DNA of 64,000 bases from Octopus sinensis (GCF_006345805.1 NC_043023.1:15252001-15316000), one strand, 5' to 3'. Shown: positions 1-13,134, counted from the stretch's first letter. The notes: generated by a model not told the origin, from the letters alone. A program made the numbers and translations.

Positions 1-234
1 GCCGACAATTTTTGAGAGCTTCAGGATTAACTAAAAGCAATTTGAACTTAATAAACATGGATGTCTTCTTTTTACCATTGCATTGAACTTCTTATTGGCC
101 TTACTTCCTACCCTATGAATTTTTATTCGTATGTTCAGTAAATTTTTGGTTATGTAGTGTTTAGATAACAGACCCTCGGTACTATGCCACTCTGGCTCAG
201 TCCCACAGGGTGGCAAAGTAGCGAGAGTTGACTG
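1..234. mobile_element. Right part of TA-flanked Tc1/pogo-like MITE (full copy at 28033-28429)
   Basis: Ends GGCAAAGTAGCGAGAGTTGACTG followed by TA, as in the right TIR of the 28033-28429 copy. Confidence 0.8.
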
Positions 235-269
235 TATATGGAAGAAAATAGGGAAACCTATCTCTTCTA

Positions 270-672
270 CATGTTTCAGTCATTTGACAGTGGCCATGGT
301 GGAGCACCACCTTTAGTCAAGCAAATAAACACCAGGACTTATTCTTTGTAAGCCCAATACTTATTCTATCAGTCACTTTTGCCGAACCGCTAAGTTACAG
401 AGACATAAACGCACCAGCTTCAATTGTCAAGCGATGTTGGGGGGAGAAATATAGACATACAAACTTACACACACACACACACACACATATAGATATACAT
501 ATATATACATATATATGATGGGCTTCTTTCAGTTTTTGTCTACCAAATCCACTTACAAGGTTTCAGTCGGCCCGAGGCTATAGTAGAAAACACTTGCCCA
601 AGGTGCCACGTAGTGGGACTGAACCCGGAACCTTATGGTTCAGAAGCAAGAAACTTACCACACAGCCACTCC
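270..672 (-). mobile_element. tRNA-derived CORE-type SINE
   Basis: Minus-strand head GGAGTGGCTGTGTGGTAAG..GGTTCAGTCCC (A/B-box-like), CORE-like CCTTGGGCAAGTGT, internal CA/TA microsatellite; multicopy in the window. Confidence 0.8.
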
Positions 673-683
673 TATGCCTATAC

Positions 684-1045
684 TCTTTTACTTGTTTCAG
701 TCATTTGACTGGAGCACTGCCTTTAATCGAGCAAATCGACCCCAGGACTTATTCTTTTGTAAGCCCAGTACTTATGATATCGGTCTCTTTTGCCGAACCA
801 CTAAGTGACGGGGACATAAACACACCAGCATCGGTTGTCAAGCAATGCTAGGGGGACAAACACAAACACACATATATATATATATATATGACGGGCTTCT
901 TTCAGTTTCCGTCTACCAAATCCGCTCACAAGGCTTTGGTCAAGCCAAGGCTATAGTAGAAGACACTTGACCAAGATGCCATGCAGTGGGGCTGAACCCG
1001 GAACCTTATGGTTCATAAGCAAGCTACTTTCCACACAGCCACTCC
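684..1045 (-). mobile_element. Second tandem CORE-type SINE
   Basis: Same architecture as 270-672 and directly adjacent. Confidence 0.8.
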
Positions 1046-1200
1046 TGCGCCTATGTTGAGAAAAACAGCAAAATTTCTTTGTAGCATGACGGGTGACAAA
1101 TTAAATTTCATAGGCGAAATGTGGGGATAAGTCACATTTCAAGTGAAAGCATGCAATGTCTTCATTGTTAAATATGTTGATTATCTGTTTGGTACCAATT
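1046..1200 (+). pseudogene. C-terminal half of a Gypsy aspartic protease relic
   Basis: The paralogous copy (ORF 29202..29501) reads MLRKTAKFLCSMTGDKLNFIGEMWGYVTF..DYLFGTN, continuing the LDTG..ISIINMDTWKKIG half that was split off by the SINEs. Confidence 0.6.
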
Positions 1201-1261
1201 TTTTTTTTCTTGTTTCAGCTCAGAGCTGCGGCCATGCTGATGCACCGCCGTTTTGTACTAG

Positions 1262-1600
1262 AATGTTATTACGAAGAACTTCCTCTAATGTGTGGCACTT
1301 GGTGAAGAATGGAGTTTGATATAGCTACTCTCATTTGCACCTCTTGCCGTGAGGTAGGTTCATCTGGGACTCTCGACAGGAAGATGTCCAGCTTTGATTT
1401 AAAAATCACTACATCTACCTTGTGCAAGTTCCTCAGACTCTTTGGGAGAATATTAAAAAGCTGTGGGCCCTTGAAACCCAGCCTGTTGCAGAAGCTGGTC
1501 CTGAAGCATGATGTCATTGCCGGGATCTTTGGCACTATGCAATGTTGTCCCGTTCTAAAATTGCTGTAGTTACAATGCAATTGGTTAGAATTATTCAACA
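1262..1600 (-). mobile_element. CR1-group LINE 3' fragment (end of ORF2)
   Basis: GFKGPQLFNILPKSLRNL..FKSKLDIFLSRVPDEP..SNSILHQ motif; duplicate near 29462-29740. Confidence 0.75.
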
Positions 1601-1627
1601 TGGGACTTCCCTATAAATATCTATTGT

Positions 1628-2590
1628 AAAAATGTAAATGGTTCATCATCATCATTTAACATCCACTTTCCATACTGGCATGGGTTGGACGATTTTGACT
1701 GAGGGCTGGTGAGCCAGATGGCTGCACCAGGCTCCAATCTGATCTGGCAGAGTTTCTACAGCTGGGTGCCCTTCCTAATGCCAACCACTCCGAGAGTGTA
1801 GCGGGGCTGTCCAAGAATTTGGACCTGGAGATCTCCATTTCCAGCGACTTCAAGGGCCACCTCTCAGTGGTGTCGGGCATCAATGGAAAGCGCCCTCGAC
1901 TGCAACAAGACGACCACAGATTTTTTATTTCCCTTACCTGTCTTGTTGCTTAACAACAAGAGTGTAGTGCGTGTTTTTCCAGTGTGACTGGCACGGAAGG
2001 GGGGGGCAGCCAGATGGCACTGGCATCGATGAGGCTCAAATGGTAGTTCTTTTGTGCCACTCATTATCTCACATTCACAGCATCATCATCGTTTAGTGTC
2101 CGCTTTCCATGCTAGCATGGGTTGGATGGTTCGACTGGGGTCTGGGAAGCCAGAAGGCTGCACCAGGCCCAGTCTGATCTGGCAGTGTTTCTACAGCTGG
2201 ATGCCCTTTTCTCCATGCCGAGCAGGGCCATCTCCCTGACAGGATCTGTCTATGGTCTTTGCTAAATTTACTGTATGGTCTTTCAATCCAGATCTTGCTT
2301 CCATACCTGAAATTTGTTCTCTAATTGTGGTAGGGATTCAGCAATAAGAACAAGGTCATCAGCTTGGAAGAGATCCCAAGGGCAGCCAATCTTAAATTCC
2401 TTCCTAATGCCAACCACTCCGTGAGTGTAGTGGGTGCATTTTACATGCCACCAGCACAGGTGCCAGGCAAGGCTGGCAACGGCTATGATCGGTTGATGCT
2501 TTTTACCAGCAAGGAAGCCAGTCAAGGTGGTGCTGGCATCAGTCATGTTCGGATGGTGCTTTTTACTTGCCACCGGCACAGGTATCACAA
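1628..2590 (-). repeat. Cluster of RTE-type 3' tail fragments with an inverted RT fragment
   Basis: Repeated CATCATC..CCATGCTAGCATGGGTTGG..CAGCTGGATGCCCTTCCTAA motif. 2205-2400 is the reverse complement of the RT fragment at 2815-2899/3683-3790. Confidence 0.7.
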
Positions 2591-2744
2591 CTACAATTTC
2601 CATTTGATTTTTTGATGTTGATGTACTTGACTCAATAGGTCTCCTCATATATAAATGTAAGTTCCATGGATCAAGGTGTAGAATTGTATCAAGTAGAAGC
2701 ACCAGCAATGCTATCTTCCTGGTGAGGCAAAAGCAGAAGTACTT

Positions 2745-3800
2745 GGTCAAAGATATATCTTTGCATTTGGACTTTGGTGAGAATAGAGAAGCTAGGGAGA
2801 GATGAGTGGTTGGTAAGATTGGCTGCCCTTGGGATCTCTTCCAAGCTGATGACCTTGTTATTATTGCTGAATCCCTACCAAAATTAGAGAACAAATTTCG
2901 GATCTTTTCCTTTTGAACGGCACTTTGTAACATAATTTCTAGTTAACTAAACACTTTTAAACTTTGTATACTGGAAGAATGTGTTTATAAAACATCATTT
3001 TTTCTTGGCTTTATTGAGAAAATTCTATAGTTTGTAAGATATTTCGTCTGAAAATTCGAGTATTTTGGCAATTTTAACCAATCGCTGGAGTCTATTTAGG
3101 TAAATATTCCGTGCTGTATGAATATGTCCCTCCTTTAAGAAACAGATTGGGTTTATTTACATTCGTGAAGAAAAAAGATACCCTTCCCACTCCCCTAACT
3201 CTAACTCTAAAATAGATTGAAATGCAATAGATCGATACTAGGGCCGTAATTATGGGTGACATTTTCATTTGACACCGCTAGAAAAAAATCCCACTTTCTG
3301 TAGCGGTGTCGTATGAAATTGTCATCCATAATTATGGCCCTAGTATCGATCTATTGCATTTCAATCTCTTTTAGATTTAGGGTTCGGGGTGGGGGAATGG
3401 TATCTTTTTTTCTTCACAAATGTAAATAAACCCAATCTGTTTCTTAAAGGAGGGACATATTCATTATGCACAGAATGTTATTTACCTAAATGGAGGTCAG
3501 CGATCAGTTAAAATTAAAATACTCGAATTTTCAGACGAAATATCTTACAAACTATAGAATTTTCTCAATAAAGCCAAGAAAAAATGATGTTTTATAAACA
3601 CATTCTAATAGTATACGAAGTTTAAAAGTGTTTAGTTAACTAGAAATTGTGTTGAAAAGCACCGTTCAAAAGGAAAAGATCCCAAATTTTAGGTATGGAA
3701 GCAAGATCTGGATTGAAAAACTATACAGTAAATTTAGCAAAGACCAAAGACAGATCTTGTCAGAGAGATGGCCCTGCTCGGCATGTAGAAAAGATGTCAG
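2745..3800 (+). mobile_element. RTE-clade LINE RT fragment interrupted by a foldback element
   Basis: KIGCPWDLFQADDLV..AESLPKLENKF RT motif; uninterrupted paralog at 31960-32165. Confidence 0.75.
2900..3682. mobile_element. 783-bp palindromic foldback MITE with GGATCTTTTCC termini and 8-bp TSD (Merlin-like)
   Basis: Long inverted arms across the whole element. Flanks are CAAATTTC (2892-2899) and CAAATTTT (3683-3690). The empty site GAGAACAAATTTCAGG is present in the paralog near 32033-32048. Confidence 0.85.
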
Positions 3801-4339
3801 GAGAAACTCCATGTAGTGTACCCAGTACAAGCTATGGACACATATTGTTCATTAGATTATAGGCTGCAGATCGTGGGATAGCCTAAGCATGTCCAGCAGA
3901 GAACAACTGATCATCGTTGGGAACTGGAATGTGATACAATGGTGTCGGAATAATATATCCACAAGAAAACAGCAAATTAATGTAATTAAAATTGTTTGAA
4001 TGAAAACCACACACATCATAATTAATGAGTTGATGCAAATGAGGAAAATGTAAAAAATTTATTTGTCTCAAAAAAAGTAATACAATTGCTGTATTTTATT
4101 CCCCATTTTATCACTGGTATTGTTATTGATCAATATGAATAAATCAGGTTTAGTTAAATTACGTTAAGAGAATGATTTTGCACAGATAACACAGCAATAT
4201 GTCTTCTCTCCTGTATGAATGCATTTAAAATTAGTTAAACAACATAATCCTAAGAGAATGATTTACTACAGATATCAAAACCAAAAATCAAAGTCATAAT
4301 CGATCAACATCAATGGAATTTGTAGCTGTGATACCAAGG

Positions 4340-4566
4340 CCGGTGGCACATAAGTGAACCATCCGAACGTGGCCGTTTGCCAGTGGCACGTAAAAAGTAC
4401 CCACTACAATCACGGAGTGGTTGGCGTTAAGAAGGGCATCCAGCTGTAGAAACACTGCCAGATCAGACTGGAGCCTGGTGCAGCCTTCTGGCTTCCCACA
4501 CCCCAGTTGAATCGTCCAACCCATGCTAGCATGGAAAGTGGACGCTAAACGATGATGATGATGATC
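4340..4566 (+). repeat. RTE-type 3' tail ending in (GAT)n, inserted in the gene A 3' region
   Basis: GGTTGGCGTTAAGAAGGGCATCCAGCTGTAGAAAC motif and GATGATGAT tail; paralog at 32690-32942. Confidence 0.75.
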
Positions 4567-4876
4567 ACAGTGATACAATATCTCCCCAATCTAAGTGGAT
4601 TTGTGATAAAAATATTTTCTTACACAGAATGATTTACTGCAGATATTACAGTGCTTTTTCTCTCCTGTATGAATGTATTTGTGATTAGTTAAATATTGTT
4701 CCACAGACAATGATTTGCCACACCTCTTACAGTGAAAGGGCTTCTCTCTTGTATGAATACATTTATGAGTATATATAGCACATTCCCAAGAGAATGATTT
4801 ACCACAGATATCACAGTGACATAGTTTGTCTCCTTTATGAATAGACTTAGAATGATTTACTGCAGATATCACAGTG

Positions 4877-6013
4877 CTATGATTTCTCTCCTGTATGAAT
4901 GTATTTGTGTCTAGTAAGGTTACTTTTTCCAGAGAATGATTTACCACAGATATCACATTGATATGCCCTCTCATCAGTGTGAGTACGTTCATGAGCAGTT
5001 AAATAACTTCTTAATACAAAGGATTTACCACATATATTGCAGTGATATTGTTTCTCTCCTGTATGAATGTATTTGTGTCTATTAAAATTACTTTTATGAG
5101 AGAATGATTTACCACAGATATCACACTGATATGGCCTTTCATTAGTGTGAGTAAGTTCATGAGCAGTTAAATTACTTCTCACTACAAAGGATTTACCACA
5201 GATATTGCAGTGATATGGTTTCTCTCCTGTATGAATGGATTTGTGAGAAATAAGGCTACCTTTTTGAGAGAATGATTTACCACAAATATCGCAGTGATAT
5301 GGCTTCTCACCTGTATGTGTTAGTTTGTGAGTGGTTAAATAACTTTTTAATGAAAAAGATTTATTACAGATATCACACTGATATTGTTTCTCTCCTGTGT
5401 GAATATATTTGTGAGAATTAAGGTGACTTTTTTGGGAGAATGATTTACCACAAATATCACAATGAAATGGCTTCTCATGAGCATGAATAAGTTTGTGTTT
5501 AGTTAAAGAACTTCTTATTGAAAAGGATTTATTACAAATATCACAGTGATGTGATTTCTCTCCTGTATGAATGTATTTGTGAGAAGTAAGGCTAGTCTTT
5601 TGAGAGAATGATTTACCACAAATACCACACTGATATGGTTTCTCTCCTGTGTGAATGTATTTGTGATAAGTAAGGCTAGTCTTTTGAGAGAATGATTTAC
5701 CACAAATATCACATTGATATGGTTTCTCTCCTGTATGAATGTATTTGTGACAAGTAAGGCTACTCCTATTAGAGAATGATTTACCACAAATACCACACTG
5801 ATATGGTTTCTCTCCTGTATGAATGTATTTGTGATGAGTAAGATGATCTTTCTTAGAGAATGATCTGCCACAGATATCACAGTGAAATTGCTTTCCACTT
5901 GGATCAATACACTTGTGAACAGTGAGATTCGCTGTATTAGAAAAAGTCTTTTTACAGATATCACATTGGTCTGATAATTTTTCTCTTTCTCTTGTCATCT
6001 CCGGCGGATTCAT
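4877..6013 (-). CDS. C2H2 zinc-finger protein A, 378 aa, 13 finger units (first lacks its final His)
   Basis: Tandem CxxC-x12-HxxxH repeats with TGEKP linkers. First ATG (MNPPEM) at 6013; the ORF-track start at 6145 is a TTG. Confidence 0.85.
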   Translation of the reverse strand: MNPPEMTREREKLSDQCDICKKTFSNTANLTVHKCIDPSGKQFHCDICGRSFSKKDHLTHHKYIHTGEKPYQCGICGKSFSNRSSLTCHKYIHTGEKPYQCDICGKSFSQKTSLTYHKYIHTGEKPYQCGICGKSFSQKTSLTSHKYIHTGEKSHHCDICNKSFSIRSSLTKHKLIHAHEKPFHCDICGKSFSQKSHLNSHKYIHTGEKQYQCDICNKSFSLKSYLTTHKLTHTGEKPYHCDICGKSFSQKGSLISHKSIHTGEKPYHCNICGKSFVVRSNLTAHELTHTNERPYQCDICGKSFSHKSNFNRHKYIHTGEKQYHCNICGKSFVLRSYLTAHERTHTDERAYQCDICGKSFSGKSNLTRHKYIHTGEKS

Positions 6014-6949
6014 TATTCTTCTGCAGTATGCAACACCAAAATATATTTTTCTTTTCTTCTTTATAAATGTCTTTGTTGATTCAAATACTTCTACTGCTAT
6101 ATTTACAGCAAATCTGATCTTCTCGAATATCTGAAGATAATACAAAGACCTTCACAGATTTTTCCAAATTCAAACAGAATGTAAAATACTGGCAATGAAG
6201 AAAACAAACGTTCGTATTAATTCCAAAGAAATATTTCACAGTTATTCACCATAGATTTGTAATAGAAACAGGGTTATATATATTATTTATAATATCTTCC
6301 ATTAGTCTTCAAAGGATGATCAATATTCATGATGTATCTGATGTAAAAACTCCTTTATACCACTAACATCTCATATTCTGAAATGACACAGAAACAGTAG
6401 AAGATACAGGAAAGACTTGAAAAGCAGAGATTCAACTATAAAAAATATTACTACATTTTCATAATAATAAACTGTTTATATAAACCTTAACCCGAATAAT
6501 TAGTCTCTATACACAGACTTCCGTTCCTTTACCTTCAGATATTATGTAAAATGTTAAACTACAAAATATTGGACAATAACTTCCTACTATCTTCAGAAAT
6601 GTGATAAGTCACTGTTGTTTAGCCGGAATCATCCCTGGCTGAACAGGTCTATTAATGAAATTAGGTTGTGTTCACGACTTTTAAAATAATAATGAAATTA
6701 CTGTATACAGTGCTCAGGTGCACCACAACTTGTCAAAAGTGCGTATAAAGTATATGCAGTAATGTACAAATGACTGGAAAGTGAACAGTGTATGAGTCAG
6801 ATACATGTTTGCGTGTGTATGGAGGGGAGAAAATCAGGTGTAGTGTTGGCGAATCTGAGGAAGCATGGAAAGAAGCCCGTCGTATATATGTGTATATGTA
6901 TGTTTGTGTGTGTGCTTATGTGTCTGTGTTTGTCACACTAACATCGCTG

Positions 6950-7430
6950 GACAACCATCCAGTGTCAAATTAATCACAGAACTTGAGGCAATCCAACGAA
7001 GCTACACAAAGAAGATAGCCTCTGTGCAGCATATGGGCTATTGGGAAAGACTCAAGAGATTAAGACTCTATTCCTTAGAGCGAAGGCGAGAAAGATATGC
7101 CATAATATACATCTGGAAGATCCTAGGACTTGTCCCAAACTTTGGCATCGAGTGTTACACAAATACTAGAACTGGGAGCCACTGCATAGTGCCAAGGACT
7201 CCAAATTTGCCATCAAGATATAGGACAAGATACTGTGATAGCCTGGGCTTCAGAGGTTCACAGCTCTTCAATATCCTCTCGAAGGACCTGTGAGACCTGC
7301 ATGGGGTGGATGCAGATGTCTTTAAAATTAAACTGGATCTCTTCCTGTCAGGTATCCTAGATGAACCAACTTCACGGCAGGAGGGCAGCTTCATCGAACA
7401 CTCTCATGCACCAAATGGCAATTGCTAAAA
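6950..7430 (+). mobile_element. CR1-group LINE 3' fragment
   Basis: LEAIQRSYTKKI..YWERLKRLRLYSLERRRER..GFRGSQLFNIL, a CR1 ORF2 C-terminus. Confidence 0.8.
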
Positions 7431-7879
7431 AGCATTCGTGAAGTAAAATCATGTAGCAACACCAAATATAATTTATCTAATTTTGACACAGTTTGGCTAA
7501 CCGAATACGGTTGCTTACAGCTCTAGTTAAGAATGCGAATGTCCAGTTCTATCTCATTATTATTATCATTGTTGTTGTTATTCTTTTGCACCGGCAGCCA
7601 GAGTGTTTGCCATTTCGTGGTGTGTCTGCCCATCCCACCCCCATCACCTATACTGGAAGTCCCTATGCTCTGACCCCATTGGATACCTTTCCCCTGAACA
7701 CCTCCAATGGTTTAGATGCTCCCCCATCCATACTTCGTGTTTATCTCCTGTGGAATGCAGTGATAATTTAGTGCACAAAATAATGGTGTAGTGTGTGCAA
7801 GTTGAAGGCTATTGTATGTTTATGAGTTCTGTCAAATTCAAGCTTTCTTTTCAGGTACCTGATGCTGCTGTCCCCCACC

Positions 7880-8250
7880 TCAGGGTCTTGCAGGCCCACA
7901 CCTTCCACAACCTCAGAATTGGCAGATTGAAAGATAGGTCTGGTGAGATTGTTGAGATTCTTGAATGGAGCCATGTAGATTTGTGCTGCTTCCAAGAAGT
8001 AAGGTGGAGAGGAAGTTCTACTAGGTTCCTCACAAGCAAAGAACGTAGGTATAAGATTTTCTGGGTAGGGAATACTGATGGAGTTGAGGGCATGGATATA
8101 CTTCTTGCAGAGAGAATGGGTTGATAAGGTAATCAAGGTAGTCAGAGTCTGTGATAGAATACTTAAGCTTAGATTAGTGTTGCAACATGGGTTAGCAACC
8201 ATAATCTTGGCTTATGCCCCTCAGCCAGGGTTACCTGATAAACAGAAAGA
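7880..8250 (+). mobile_element. RTE-clade LINE apurinic-endonuclease fragment
   Basis: NLRIGRLKDRSGEIVEIL..VDLCCFQEVRWRG..YKIFWVG..DRILKLRL..AYAPQPG matches the RTE APE N-terminus. Confidence 0.8.
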
Positions 8251-8271
8251 CCGATTTCATGGCACCCTCTT

Positions 8272-8640
8272 CTACTTACTTGTACTTGTGGCGACATTCA
8301 CCCCAGGCGGGTTGAGTCGGCTTCTTCTACCACCCTCGAGGCATCTCAAACCATGGCAGCCCACGCACGACGGTCCTGCGCCAGTTCACTGGAGATAGCA
8401 AGCCAGTCACGGTTCCATCGGTGCAGGCAGACCACCTGTGGACCCGTGTGCACGGAGAGGTCCTCCTTGATTGTCGTAACCCAGGTCCTCAGCTGCCCGC
8501 CCATGCGTTTCTGCCAGTTGGGAAGTGGAGTTGGGAGGACATCACGGCTCAGTTCACACACCGGATGCCTACATGCATGTCCAAACCACCGCAAGCGCCG
8601 TTGCAGAAGGACAGATGGAAGGGGCCCCAGAGATTGGCGG
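8272..8640 (-). mobile_element. RTE-clade LINE 3' end from a second family
   Basis: RWFGHACR..GGQLRTWVTTIKEDL..ELAQDRRAWAAMV, then a ACAAGTACAAGT tail; GC-rich relative to flanks. Confidence 0.75.
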
Positions 8641-9123
8641 TGGGAGTATACTTTACTCGGACCAGTCTACTCTCATCACAACAGGTGCCATTCTAACCAA
8701 GATGCCCATCATAAATCCCTGCTTGGTGTCTGGTAAGAACAAGACCATGAAAACCGGATCTACAGAATGATTTAGCAAAAAATAAGTAGGCTGTATCATC
8801 CACTCTACACCAATCACTATGACAAAAGCAGTAAGCCTCCAGTTTGTTCTAGAATATGTGGGTTGCTATCACAAATACTGCAAATCCTGAGACTCAAAAC
8901 ATGTCCAGGAGGACACAACCGATCGTAATTGGGAACTGGAATGTCATATATTGGTGTGATAATGACACATCCACAAGAAAATAGAACAAATTAATTTAAT
9001 CAATATTATTTGAATGGAAAACACACATCATAATTAATGAGTTGAAGCAAATGAGGAAAATGGAAACAATTAATTTATTCAATAAAAAGTAATACAATTG
9101 CTGTATTTTATTCACCAGGCATA

Positions 9124-9745
9124 GGAGTGGCTGTGTGGTAAGTAGCTTGCTTACCAACCACATGGTCCCGGGTTCAGTCCCATTGTGTGGCGCCTTGGGC
9201 AAGTGTCTTCTACTATAGCTTCGGGCCGACCAAAGCCTTGTGAGTGGATTTGGTAGACGGAAACTGAAAAGAAGCCCGTCGTATATATCATCATCATCGT
9301 TTAACGTCCGTTTTCCATGCTAGCATGGGTTGGACGGTTCAACCAGAGTCTGGGAAGCCATGAGGCTGCACCAGGCTCCAGTCGGATCTGGCAGTGTTTC
9401 TACAGCTGGATGCCCTTCCTAACGCCAACCACTCCATGAGTGTAGTGGGTGCTTTTTACGTGCCACCTACACAGGTACCAGACGAGGCTGGCAAACAGCA
9501 ACGATCAGATGGTGCTTTTTACGTGCCACATGTGTGTGTACGATTGTGTGCCTTTGTTTGTCCCCGCAACATCGCTTGACAACCGATGCTGGTGTGTTTA
9601 TGTCCCTGTAACTTAGCAGTTCGGCAAAAGAGACAGATAGAATAAGTACTAGGCTTACAAAGAATAAGTCCTGGGGTCGATATGCTCGACTAAAGGCGAT
9701 GCTCCAGCATGGCCACAGTCAAATGACTGAACCAAGTAAAAGAAA
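9124..9745 (+). mobile_element. CORE-type SINE interrupted by an RTE tail (9288-9528)
   Basis: SINE head at 9124 and tail AAATGACTGAACCAAGTAAAAGA, with a CATCATC..RTE tail nested in its microsatellite. Confidence 0.8.
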
Positions 9746-10001
9746 GATAAGACATCTATTTTATGCCAGTTATTTTTATAGATCAATATGAATAAGAATA
9801 TGTTTAGTTAAGGTAGATTATTGAGAGAATGATTTAGCACAGATTACACAGTCATAAGAATCTTATCCTCTATGAATATGTTTGTGTTTAGTTAAGTAAT
9901 TACGAGAGAATGATTAATCACTGATGTCACAGCGTTACGGTTTTTCTCCTGTATGAATGTATTCATGTTGAGTTAACCCACATGGTAAAAGAATGACAGT
10001 G

Positions 10002-11643
<1,642 letters not shown>

Positions 11644-12126
11644 TATTGTTCTATAGTATACAAGCACAAAATATAATTTTGCTTCCTTTTTTATATATTT
11701 CTATTGCTTATATTTCCAGCAGTTCTGATCTTCATCAATATCTGAAGATGATACAAACACCTTTGCAGATATCTCCCGTTCCAAACAGAATGTGAAATAC
11801 TTTAGCAAATATTCCAGGCAATGATGAAAACAAATGTTGCCATTAATTCAGAAGAAATATTTCACAGTTTTCCACCATAGACAAATCATATAAACAGAGT
11901 TATGTCAAATATTTATAACATCTTCCATTAGATGATCAATATTCATGAAGTATCACTAACATTTCACCTCCTGAAATGACACAGAAACAAGAAAATATAG
12001 GAAAGACTTAAAAAGCAGAAATTCAACTATAAAGAAAATATAACTACATCTTCATAATGATAAACTGTGGATATAATCCTTTAATTTGTCTTTGAAATTT
12101 ATTTATGGTAATTTATAATATGGTAA

Positions 12127-12346
12127 CCCTTTTGTTACCATATTTCTGCTGAGATTCAGTGTGTTTCTTTCAATTATTTTAAATATAATAAAGAATTTAG
12201 TAAACTAACTTAGTTATCATTCAACTAGTGTTAGGAACATAAATTGTAACTAAGGTTTGGTGGAAGATTTTAATTCAAAACTTATGAAAACAAGACATTT
12301 TACCACAGAGCCAGAGTCGGTTTTGGCCGGGTTAGTAACAAGAGGG
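12127..12346. mobile_element. piggyBac-like MITE (CCCTTTTGTTAC..GTAACAAGAGGG) in the gene B intron
   Basis: Short imperfect TIRs with CCC/GGG ends and degenerate TTAA flanks; paralogous copies in the D, H and I introns. Confidence 0.5.
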
Positions 12347-12459
12347 TGTGGTCTTTGAAATTTATTTTGTTATTAAAATTATATGATACAACCTTGTGTA
12401 ATGTCTACATATACACGGACTTCAGTTCCTCTTCCTTCAGGTATTATGTAAAACATTAT

Positions 12460-12679
12460 CCCTTTAGTGTTCAGATTATTCTGTTAAATGTAATTCCTTT
12501 TCACTCAAATTGTTTTGAATTAATCATGCATTATCTTATGGCTTTGAGGTTTCAATGATGTGATTGTTTATTTCTAGAATGTCAATGTAGGTTAGGTGTG
12601 AGAGGCCAGATACCGTCAGTTTGAATATAAAACATGCAGAATATCTGGGCCTGATATGGCCGGTTTAAACAATAAAGGG
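12460..12679. mobile_element. piggyBac-like MITE (CCCTTTAG..TAAAGGG)
   Basis: CCCTTT/AAAGGG termini with TTAT/TTCA flanks; copies in the D and I introns. Confidence 0.5.
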
Positions 12680-12980
12680 TTCAACTATAGGATATTGGAC
12701 AATAATATGATAAGTGACTACTGTTTAACCCTAGGTTATCCCTGACTGAGCAGATCTATTATTAATGAAATTAGGTAATGTTCATGATTGTTACAACTTC
12801 TGTAACAGATCAAACATAAACATAAACTACAATTTAGTGAACCAACCCATCATGACTTTTCGTCTCGTAACTTTATTAATAATAAAAACAAACTGCACTC
12901 ACATATGTTGAAGGTGTGGTCACTAATTTAGAGAAAGTGTTCTGTGAATTGATGTATGAAGATAAGAGCCAGGACAGAAT

Positions 12981-13134
12981 GGCGATCCTTCGGTATAGGT
13001 ACACACGTGACTTTGTTTACGTTTCTGAAGATAACAGAAACCCTTTCCCCCCCCCCCCACATATAAAAAAACACTTTTTTGAAATGTATCCGGTACTTCC
13101 GGAAGTACACCGGTACTTATACCGTAAGATCGCC
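12981..13134. mobile_element. Small GGCGAT..ATCGCC TIR element, related to 35898-36278
   Basis: TIR GGCGATC(C/T)T..GGTATA; inverted copy at ~61291-61441. Confidence 0.6.

Larger units (their letters stand above)
1..6900. repeat. Segmental duplicate (gene A unit), direct copy of ~28196-35610
   Basis: Position 1 aligns to 28196 (identical 61-aa ORFs 31..216 and 28226..28411). The same order of MITE, SINEs, CR1, RTE pieces and ZNF gene follows. Similarity ends near 6900/35610. Confidence 0.9.

Noticed and set aside
594-851. Recurring 60-110-aa ORFs (MPKVPRSGTEPG, MWSLKFILL, MLVRFVDF and similar) as a small gene family
   Set aside because: They lie in SINEs or duplicated introns; recurrence reflects DNA duplication.
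6014-6145. N-terminal extensions of ZNF ORFs in the ORF track (6145, 34859, 20677, 52355, 62742)
   Set aside because: They begin at TTG/GTG, and the frame is not conserved in E; the first shared ATG was used.
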